A stretch of 64,000 bases of DNA. It comes from Macrostomum hystrix (taxonomy: Eukaryota > Animalia > Platyhelminthes). Both the position numbers and the translations under genes were made by a program. Positions 27,001 to 36,329 of the stretch are shown in pieces (within the stretch, counting starts at the first letter, position 1; each line of letters opens with the position of its first letter). Under the pieces are notes generated by a model. It was given only the letters and a program-made list of their open reading frames with translations. It did no database searches and was not told where the DNA came from. The stretch is from NCBI GenBank assembly GCA_950097015.1, contig CATNEN010000029.1:2790001-2854000 (forward strand), written 5' to 3'.

Positions 27001-27404
27001 TCTCTCCACCCCCCTCTCTCCGCCCGTCTCTCTCCATTCCTCTCTCCCCCCTCTCTCCGCAACTTCTTTCTGCCCCGTCTCTCCGCACCTTCGTTCTGCA
27101 CTGTGTCTGTCCGCCCCCTCTCTCCGCCCCATATCCGCCCTCTCATTCTCTCCTCTCCCAACCTGTCTGCACCGGCCTCAGATTCGCGCCTCCAAACGTG
27201 CCGGACGGGGAGTCGGCCGCTGTGCCAGTCGACGAGCTGAAATTGGCTCTAGGTCAGAGGGGCGATTTCGTGCCCTACAGTCTGGCAATAGCCATGCTAG
27301 CCAGACAGCCTTCTGTGAAGGCTATGGTGGCCGAGCTGGCTGCCACCTTTGCCAGATTGGTTGGGCCTGAGTGCGCCAGCAGGATGCGGGTTCGCCTGTG
27401 CTAA
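24100..27404 (+). CDS. ATE1: Arginyl-tRNA--protein transferase; exons 24100-24199, 24808-24871, 24969-25352, 25908-26597, 27182-27404; 486 aa
   Basis: Motifs HCGYC, YQSLMFRGWRRSG, CYKP..ICCPQYTIRC, LYERYQMAVH, GSFHQQYW, VGVIDVLP, SSVYVFYDPDY, LGTYAALKEI, YYCMGYYIHDCVKMRYK. All introns are GT-AG and in phase (1461 nt = 487 codons). Confidence 0.96.
24353..24682. mobile_element. Dispersed element with 32-bp tandem array (copy 2, about 8 units) in ATE1 intron 1
   Basis: Matches the copy at 18243-18672. Flanked by a roughly 24-bp direct repeat AAGTTAAAGACTTGAA[C/T]TCAATTG (about 24330 and 24707) with a short A-rich stretch before the downstream copy. Confidence 0.8.
25365..25870. repeat. Two abutting minisatellites (22-bp CTGGTGTGTCAGTGTTGGCTCT; 25-bp CAATGTGAAGCTACAATGGGTGGGT) filling ATE1 intron 3
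   Basis: Direct periodicity running almost from donor to acceptor. Confidence 0.95.
26680..27165. repeat. Degenerate CT-rich low-complexity tract upstream of the last ATE1 exon
   Basis: CTCTCTCCGCCC-like units. Confidence 0.9.
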
Positions 27405-28349
27405 CTCAGCTGGGTGTCAACTGACAGTGTACATTTTGGCTGTGGCAATAGCGCAGTCTATTTTGTCCTTTAATCTTATATGTATATTCAGCAGAACTGA
27501 CTTTAATTGTTTCTCTGTTTAGTCTTTTCCACATAGGACCATAGGCTGATTGGTTATCTTCAGCAGACCGACTCTAATTGGTTGGCTGCCATATCCACTC
27601 TAATTGGCTGGCCGCAAGTCCCACTCTGATTGGCTGGCTGCTATCACCTCTTTCATTGGCTGACCTGCCAAGCCGACTAAAATTAGTTTAACGCCGACAT
27701 CAATTCAATTGGCTAATTGGTGGTTTTAGTATTTTCACTAGTCCCTCTCTAACTTAGATTTAGAGTCGTAAATCACATTCTAAGAATTACTATTTTTAAC
27801 CCAGTTTTTTTGTTTACAAAAGTCGCCACTATTGTGTTTGTTCTTTTCATACTTAAACTTGTCCGCGAATCATTCGATGCTACTACGGGTAGTAGTACAT
27901 TGCGACTCTGCACTGCTCTGCTTGTCCGTTTCCCAAAGTGCGATGGAGATTGCTGAACAAATAATAATAGGTTTAGTTATTTTTATTAACTGCTGCTACT
28001 TGGCCCTTGTCACAGGGAATAGAATATCACTTTGTGATTCTCTGCTGAGGAAACAGCTAATAGCATATACAGTTTTTTTCTATAGCTTTGTGCTCCTGTG
28101 TGTGTATGTGATAGAGCATGTTTGCCATGTAGTTTCTTTGTTATTCTTTACTATTAATAATAGAATATTACTCAAGAGCTGTTTGTTATCATAAGCATAA
28201 GTAATTGTTATTCCTTAACCTTTGTTTATTTGCGAAAAAGAAAATATATAGTGATTTGGGTTGGCGCACATATTGATTGAAGCTATTTTTACTTTAACAT
28301 ATTTTTTGCTGTGCAGCTAACTGCTTTGGCTTATTTACGCCAATAATTC

Positions 28350-29378
28350 ACTGACTCACTCACTCACTCACTCACTCACTCATCCAATCACTCCCTCACT
28401 CACTCACTCACTCACTCACTCACTCACTCACTCACTCACTCACTCACTCATCCAATCACTCCCTCACTCACTCACTCACTCACTCACTCACTCACTCACT
28501 CACTCACTCACTCACTAACTCACTCACTCACTCACTCACTCATTCACTCATCCAATCACTCACTCACTCACTCACTCACGCACTCACTCACTCATTCACT
28601 CACTCACTCACTCACTCACTCACTCACTCACTCACTCACTCACTCACTCATTCACACACTCACTCACTCACTCATTCACGCACTCACTCACTCACTCACT
28701 CACTCACTCACTCACTCATTCACGCACTCACTCACTCACTCACTCACTCACGCACTCACTCACTCATTCACTCACTCACTCACTCACTCACTCACTCACT
28801 CACTCACTCACTCATTCACACACTCACTCACTCACTCATTCACGCACTCACTCACTCACTCACTCACTCACTCACTCACTCATTCACGCACTCACTCACT
28901 CACTCACTCACTCACTCATTCACGCACTCACTCACTCACTCACTCACTCACTCACTCACTCACTCACTCACTCACTCACTCACTCATTCACTCATCCAAT
29001 CACTCACTCACTCACTCACTCACGCACTCACTCACTCATTCACTCACTCACTCACTCACTCACTCACTCACTCACTCACTCACTCACTCACTCATTCACA
29101 CACTCACTCACTCACTCATTCACGCACTCACTCACTCACTCACTCACTCACTCACTCACTCATTCACGCACTCACTCACTCACTCACTCACTCACGCACT
29201 CACTCACTCATTCACTCACTCACTCACTCACTCACTCACTCACTCACTCACTCACTCATTCACACACTCACTCACTCACTCATTCACGCACTCACTCACT
29301 CACTCACTCACTCACTCACTCATTCACGCACTCACTCACTCACTCACTCACTCACTCATTCACGCACTCACTCACACA
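28350..29378. repeat. (CACT)n microsatellite, about 1 kb
   Basis: Direct observation. Confidence 0.98.
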
Positions 29379-30227
29379 CAAATTAACCAACTTTTCCTTC
29401 ACCCTCTGGCGTGCTAAAAATGTTAGTGTGCAAACACAAAACAAGCGGCAGCTTCTGCAATTGACAATTGTCAGCATCAGCATCAGCAGCACACATTCTC
29501 AGAAATGGATCCAGCATCGGACGCTAGCCCCGGGGCAGCCTGTCTAGCCAACCCTGACAGACAATTGCGCTCAAGAGAAAGTGGTCTAAAGTCTAATTGA
29601 CCCGGGACAGCTCAAATCAACTCAAACGGCAACTTTAATATCTCAGCAGCTCCGATCAACAGTAAAGAAATGTAAATAAACCGGAATCAGAGACTGAAAA
29701 CACTGCCTAAGGCGGTACAGGGGCCATGTACTTTCTATAGCCAAACAACGGCTCGCTAACCCTGACCTATTCGCGACTGTAAAAGAAATCCGAGAGCGCC
29801 AGCTGCGAGTATCTGCACACAATTGCAATCGATTTCTATTTGCATTTCCAGTGTTTTAAGATCTGGGCGCTGACAAGGATCTGGTCATTATATTCGGCAT
29901 TGATTTTTAGCCTCTCTGCTGTAACTGCCTCAATTTCGCTGCATCTGCTGGTTTGCGAACTCTGCCCTGTTGTGTCTCTACAAGCCCGTATAATCACATG
30001 ACCAGCACAGTGTCCTTGCATTAATTTTGTTTGCTTTTTCCACTCGCCGTACTTTGCAAGTGCTGACTGCGACGGGTCTTAATGTTATCTTTAACATAGT
30101 TATCTTTTCTGACCTGACTCTGCACCGTGTTTAATAGACTATATTGTAAGGCTTAAATTTCACCTGCTTTCGATATTGATGACAGGAAATGACACTTGCA
30201 CTCATGCAGGTTTGCTCTGTTAACCAC

Positions 30228-30800
30228 GCAGATTGTCTATGGCATGAAGATTGGACGCAGATTGTCTATGGTATGAAGGTTGAACGCAGATTGTCTATGG
30301 TATGAAGGTTGAACGCAGATTGTCTATGGTATGAAGGTTGAACGCAGATTGTCTATGGTATGAAGGTTGAACGCAGATTGTCTACGGTATGATGGTTAAA
30401 TGCAGATTGTCTATGGTATGATGGTTGTATGCAGATTGTCTATGGTATGATGGTTGTATGCAGATTGTCTATGGTATGATGATTGAAAGCAGATTGTCTA
30501 TGGTATGATGGTTGTATGCAGATTGTCTATGGTATGATGGTTGAATGCAGATTGTCTATGGTTTGAAGGTTGAACGCAGATTATCTACGGTATGATGGTT
30601 AAATGCAGATTGTCTATGGTATGATGGTTGAAAGGAGATTTTCTATGGTATGATGGTTGTATGCAGATTGTCTATGGTATGATGGTTGAAAGCAGATTGT
30701 CTATGGTATGATGGTTGAATGCAGATTGTCTATGGTATGATGGTTGAAAGCAGATTGTCTACGGTATGAAGGTTGAACGCAGATTGTCTATGGCATGGAG
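30228..30800. repeat. 29-bp minisatellite (CAGATTGTCTATGGTATGA[A/T]GGTTGAA[C/T/A]G)
   Basis: Direct periodicity. Confidence 0.95.
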
Positions 30801-31319
30801 CCTGTATTGGTTGATGGCAGATAAGTTAAATGTCACGGGAGTATTGCAGCTCGAAACGTAATTTTGGTAGATAAGTGGTTGTAACAGGGTAGGTTAGCAA
30901 CGCAGGCAAATCAGTAGAGCCAAGTAGATAGGTCGTCTTTTGCAGTTTTTTTCATGGATCCAGTCGCCGCCACAATCGTTCGGGCTCTGTACTTTACTGT
31001 TCATTTTCTATATTTTATGTACCTAGCTGAGTTGTATCGCTTATCGATCCCATACTTCATAGATGAAGGATCTCTTCAAGTGGAACTAAAATTAGGAAAA
31101 ATCGAATTGGAAAGCTCAGTAACTATGGACGCCAGCCCAAGAGGATCAGATACTTGATAAAATCGCTTTTGTTGATTACATTCATCTTATAGAAAACTAG
31201 GAGAGCATTGCCAAGTGGCAACTTTACCAGCAACAACTTGTCACGACTTATGGTGGCAGATTTTTACTATGAAAATGAACTTTTACTATAGATAAGCAAA
31301 ATATAAAAGTATTCTAATA

Positions 31320-31610
31320 AAAACTAATTAGAACTGTGATAACGCCATCAGAACCTCAGTAAAACTAACTAGAACTATGATAACGCCATCAGAACCTCAG
31401 TAAAACTAATTAGAACTGTGATAACGCCATCAGAACCTCAGTAAAACTAATTAGAACTGTGATAACGCCATCAGAACCTTCTGAAAACTAATTAGAACTG
31501 TGATAACGCCATCAGAACCTCAGTAAAACTAATTAGAACTGTGATAACGCCATCAGAACCTCAGTAAAACTAATTAGAACTGTGATAACGCCATCAGAAC
31601 CTCAGTAACT
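31320..31610. repeat. 41-bp minisatellite (AAAACTAATTAGAACTGTGATAACGCCATCAGAACCTCAGT)
   Basis: About 7 units. Confidence 0.95.
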
Positions 31611-32057
31611 ATCAGTGGATCTGTGATAAAGAAACTAGAAGTAGTTAATACAGTATAGTTGACAATGATCCGGGTTTAAATGAAATTTATCGCAAATGTT
31701 CATTACTCAATAATATGTCGGTGGAAGCTCAGCGCTAAAGGGCATCTCAACAATTAACTCATGCAAGAATATAATCAGGAAATGTGAAGGAATGAGTGGC
31801 GTGAATATAAACTGCTCCCTGATTGGCAAGCCTCACTCGGGCTTCGAACGATGGTCTGGGATTAGCAATAAGAACTCGCTGAGAATGAAGGAAGGGGAAA
31901 AGGAAAGGTGGCCTCGTACAGATTGAATCACCTGGGCCCCGATCCCGAGAGGATTAAACACCTGACTTTGGTTGATAGAATAATGGCTTTGCCGATGACT
32001 ATGGCTTGCAGCCATGTTGACTTTCTACGTGCGACTAATGCGATAATGCGATATGGA

Positions 32058-32527
32058 GGCTGGCAGTGAAACGGAGAGTCAGGTGGAGGTAGACAGGGAG
32101 ACGGAGAGTCAGGTGGAGGTAGACAGTGAGACGGAGAGTCAGGCGGAGGTAGACAGTGAGACGGAGAGTCAGGTGGAGGTAGACGAGACGGAGAGTCAGG
32201 TGGAGGTAGACAGTGAGACGGAGAGTCAGGTGGAGGTAGACAGTGAGACGGAGAGTCAGGTGGAGGTAGACAGTGAGACGGAGAGTCAGGTGGAGGTAGA
32301 CAGTGAGACGGAGAGTCAGGTGGAGGTAGACAGTGAGACGGAGAGTCAGGTGGAGGTAGACAGTGAGACGGAGAGTCAGGTGGAGGTAGACAGTGAGACG
32401 GAGAGTCAGGTGGAGGTAGACAGTGAGACGGAGAGTCAGGTGGAGGTAGACAGTGAGACGGAGAGTCAGGCGGAGGTAGACAGTGAGACGGAGAGTCAGG
32501 TGGAGGTAGACAGTGAGACGGAGAGTC
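32058..32527. repeat. 30-bp minisatellite (GAGACGGAGAGTCAGGTGGAGGTAGACAGT)
   Basis: About 15 units; explains the ORFs ETESQVEVDS and LTLRLTVYLH. Confidence 0.96.
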
Positions 32528-32989
32528 GTATACATGGAAACTTAAAGTAGAATCTGTTTTCGTGTACTATTGTATAAGTAATAGAAAAGCACTAAGGAAA
32601 AGTTGCAAGCAGCACAACGCAAGAAGCAATGCGATGCTCAAAGCTCGGCCGGTGTAGGGATTAACCCCAATACTCCGCGTGCTGAACAAACCCGAGAGTT
32701 CGATGCCTTGCGGTCTGTTGTCAAGCAGACAGTCATTAATGCAGTTTTCCTGTTCTCCACTTGGCCTGTTCGACCAGGGCCATCCGGTTTTTAGTTTAGA
32801 AGATTCACAACACTATAGCACGCTATAGCAACGGGAGGGTTCTCGGTTGCTATGGACAAGAAATACAGCTATATAGAACAAGTAATAAGCCTTTTCGTAG
32901 AAAAATTGTACCATGAAAAGCAACTGGATTTCTTCAACTGGGCCATAAGCATAAAAAGTAGAAAAGGTATCAGAAAAAAACTAAAAATC

Positions 32990-33056
32990 TCAGCTTTCAC
33001 AACTCAGCATCATCTTGTCCAGCATGGGATCATACAGCATCCGCTTGTCCATTATG
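32990..33056 (-). other. Short diverged homolog of the peptide-precursor repeat (MDKRMLYDPMLDKMMLSCES*); possible exon or gene relic
   Basis: GACAAGCGGATGCTGTATGATCCCATGCTGGACAAGATGATGCTG aligns with the 30-bp unit at 34995-35450. Preceded by a candidate GTAAGT...AAG intron (33162-33057). Confidence 0.5.
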
Positions 33057-33289
33057 CTTTAGATGTTATCAAACGGTACAAAAAACGTTTTCATCGACTG
33101 ATTGATTAAAGCGTTGTAAAGTACTCGTAGTTTGCCAGCAGCTCAGAGATTCGATCACTTACGAATACTTCGCACAGTACTCGTTCGATTCGGTCGGTCG
33201 ATTGTACGATTGCAAGTCTTCTAATCAGGTGCGGGGAAAGGGCAGAGATTTATCGATCGGGTGGCTGACCAATCAGTAGCAAGGAGGGG

Positions 33290-33505
33290 ACAGAGACGTA
33301 CCGATCGGTCGGGTGTCCAATAAGGAGCAGGGAGGGGAGACAGAGACTCATCGATCGGTCGTCTGTCCAATAAGGAGCAGGGAGGGGGAACAGAGACTCA
33401 TCGGTCGGTCGGCTGTCCAATAAGGAGCAGGGAGGGGGAACAGAGACTCATCGATCGGTCGGCTGTCCAATAAGGAGCAGGGAGGGGAGACAGAGACTCA
33501 TCGAT
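33290..33505. repeat. 50-bp tandem repeat, each unit containing CCAAT
   Basis: CCAATAAGG at 33317, 33367, 33417 and 33467. Confidence 0.9.
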
Positions 33506-34439
33506 TTGAGGGTTGCCAAATCAGGTGGGAGGTAGAAAGAGACTTAACGAGATGCAGGAACTATCTTTATCAATTTGATAAAGTTTACGTATTGGCTCTG
33601 TACTACTTTAAAGGGTGACTTGGCGGGCTAATCTGAGGTACTGAGAACTTAAGGGAGTGCTGAAAACTGCGGCTCACAGTGCACTATGTGCTACAGTTCA
33701 GTAGTGGCTAACTGATATGCCAGTCAGCTTCAGAGCTTCAATTTTCTATCGGCAGCAGTTTTTTCCACCTAGCAACTAAGGTCGAGTTTCAGCAGCTGCG
33801 AGTGCGGCAGATTAAATTATTAACAACGCACTTAGGTCAGGCGGCCACAGGCTGAAGAAGAAAATATCAATCCCAGCAGCAAAAATGCTGCTTTAAAATG
33901 CCGCCAGAAAACTCTCCTCGCCTCCGCCCACCCACCAAGGCATTTCAAATCCAATATTTGTCCTGCCTGACTGGCCAACTTTATTGACAGCGGATTTACT
34001 CAGCCAACTTCTAGGGCTAATTTCCACTTCTAAAATGGAAAGATTAGCAGGCCGAAAATCAGTCCAATTTTTCAATGGCAAATGACAATCCAGTTAAATT
34101 AAATTGCATCTACTACCGCACAGACACGCAGCGTATTCCGTTGTACGCTTGTATTTCAATCCAGATTAGATTCGGCAATATGAGGATTTTTTCATCCCGA
34201 GAAACAATGATCTGACATCCGACTTAACAAAGGCGCACAATGGGAGTACTAAAAACATTCTGTGACACGAGCACTGGAGTATTGCGGGGCTCGCAATCAG
34301 TACCTGTGTTTTATAAATGACAAAGCACTAGAGAACGGCATTGTCCCTTTGCTGCAACACAATCTCTGCAAGCGTGCATTTTTATTTTCCTTGGTCGAAG
34401 CTTTAGCGCGTCCAGCTGAAACTCAAAGGCACTTCTAAA

Positions 34440-34640
34440 GGCAGTGTACAGCTGTTCAGTCCATGGACTGGGGGGACGCCACACCCCCAAGTTTTCTGGC
34501 CCAGCTGATGCTGTTACCCATTTTACAGCTGGGTGAACTGAAGCACTAGGGAATCAAGTGTCTAAGTGTCTATCTTGCAATGGAGAATCGAACTCCCGAC
34601 CTCTGGGTCAGAATTCCGAAGCTCTAGCCACAGGGCTACA
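34440..34640 (-). mobile_element. tRNA-derived SINE-like family B
   Basis: The minus strand reads GGTCGGGAGTTCGATTCTCC (B-box), then CACTTGATTCCCTAGTGCTTCAGTTCACCCAGCTGTAAAATGGGTAAC and CCCCCAGTCCATGGACTGAAC. Confidence 0.75.
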
Positions 34641-34994
34641 AGCTCCCTTGATATGGCATCATGCTTATGCTGTGCTTAAAGATCTTTAGTTAAAGAAAGA
34701 CAAAGTTAAGGACTACAAAAATTTGCAAGTCTGTCGCAGGCTTGACCTCTCGGCTAATATATTTCAACAGTGCGTTTTTGTGCGTGTGACTTCGCTTTCG
34801 GGAATCACAAGAGAACAGCGAAAACAATAGAGGCGCGGACTCTGCGGGATCAACAATGCTTATCAAAGCCGTCACTGGAGAGTCTATGTGAATTACAACT
34901 TAAAATAGGCAAATTTCCTCAATCACTAAGAGAGTTTTAATTGTCAATTTAACAGTTGCTCGCACCGATGTTACTGATTTCAGCAGATTGTCGT

Positions 34995-35619
34995 CTAGTC
35001 CAGCATGGGATCACGCAGCATCCTCTTGTCCAGCATGGGATCACGCAGCATCCTCTTGTCTAGCATGGGATCACGCAGCATCCTCTTGTCTAGCATGGGA
35101 TCACGCAGCATCCTCTTGTCTAGCATGGGATCACGCAGCATCCTCTTGTCTAGCATGGGATCACGCAGCATCCTCTTGTCTAGCATGGGATCACGCAGCA
35201 TCCTCTTGTCTAGCATGGGATCACGCAGCATCCTCTTGTCCAGCATGGGATCACGCAGCATCCTCTTGTCCAGCATGGGATCACGCAGCATCCTCTTGTC
35301 TAGCATGGGATCACGCAGCATCCTCTTGTCTAGCATGGGATCACGCAGCATCCTCTTGTCTAGCATGGGATCACGCAGCATCCTCTTGTCCAGCATGGGA
35401 TCACGCAGCATCCTCTTGTCTAGCATGGGATCACGCAGCATTCGCTTGTCGTATCCGTAATGACGAGCGTCACAAGTATGCAGCGTAACAATCGCTCCTA
35501 AAATAAACAGAGATGAAGAGGCCATGAGGAGTTATGTTGATGCAGGTTCTCTCGCTGGCTGGCAGCAACTTACCGATAGTCAGGAGCAGTAGGAAGGAAG
35601 GCAGCAGTCGGTGAACCAT
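34995..35619 (-). CDS. Secreted neuropeptide-precursor-like protein; exons 35574-35619 and 34995-35497; 182 aa: signal peptide + RHYGYD-KR + 15 x MLRDPMLD separated by KR
   Basis: Exon 1 (MVHRLLPSFLLLLTI G|gtaag) and a 76-nt intron ending tttattttag| give the signal peptide MVHRLLPSFLLLLTIGAIVTLHTCDA. 14 internal KR sites follow the first KR. Repeat variation is synonymous only (CTA/CTG Leu, CGA/AGG Arg). ATTAAA lies about 55 nt after the stop. Confidence 0.85.
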
Positions 35620-36329
35620 GACAATGCGTCGGTCTTTGAAGGAAATTATCAAACAGAGAATTCCGAAGACTAATGAGGAACCTGTCCGGCAGTGGAGGCT
35701 GAGCCGCAGTTGTTAAGTAGTTGGATCCGAGCCTAGCGTGGGAAAGTCAAGCTGTTGCCGAGCCACCAACAGGGCGTGTGTTATCTGTTAGTTCAGCGAT
35801 AAGGCTGTTGGTTTGAGGACTGCTAGCTTGCAGCTATAGAGGCGAGAACAAACAGTAAACTGCGACATGGGACCGGCTGCGGGCCGTGTTTAAATAATAG
35901 CCGACTGGGATGGGAATGGATCCCTGTGCCTAATGGGGATCTAAGCGTTATCAGCCAATGGTAAGCCAGCGCGCCAACTCATTGGTTAAGAAGCGCTCTG
36001 GACAGCATGTTAAATGAAGCGAGATGTCCTTGAAGACAATTGATCAAGTATACATGCTCGAATTTCGATTCTGCAGGAGGCAGGGAAGAATTTTGCCAAA
36101 ATTTATTTTAAAATTTCACTCAAAAGCTAAAGGAAACTTTAAAAAAACTTCATTGTTCGGAAAAAATCCTAGTGTAAGTGAACGTATGGGGAAACACAGC
36201 TTTTAATTTTTTTCAATTATTAAAAACAAAAAATGTGCAAAATTTTTCCAAGAGTGATTTTATCTTACAACTTTATTCGATTGCAAGTGCAGTGACGTGA
36301 GAGGTGAGATATGGGAAAGGCTTTTGAGT

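Noticed and set aside
27832-28194. 120-aa hydrophobic ORF
   Set aside because: AT-rich with a non-ATG start, no motif, and composition typical of intergenic DNA.
30954-31157. 67-aa ATG ORF with a hydrophobic N-terminus
   Set aside because: No homology or splice support that I can see; consistent with chance.
32053-32550. Acidic ORF MEAGS(ETESQVEVDS)n
   Set aside because: A 30-bp array open in several frames, with no signal peptide, splice context or synonymous bias.
34988-35488. Plus-strand ORFs (WDHAASSCLA)n and (MGSRSILLSS)n over the peptide gene
   Set aside because: They are antisense frames. The variable base is non-synonymous in the WDHAASSC[L/P]A frame, and neither ORF has a signal exon or processing sites, unlike the minus frame.
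34995-35525. ORF-track start MASSSLFILG for the peptide precursor
   Set aside because: That ATG lies in the predicted 76-nt intron. The spliced start at 35619 gives a better signal peptide, although an unspliced form cannot be excluded.
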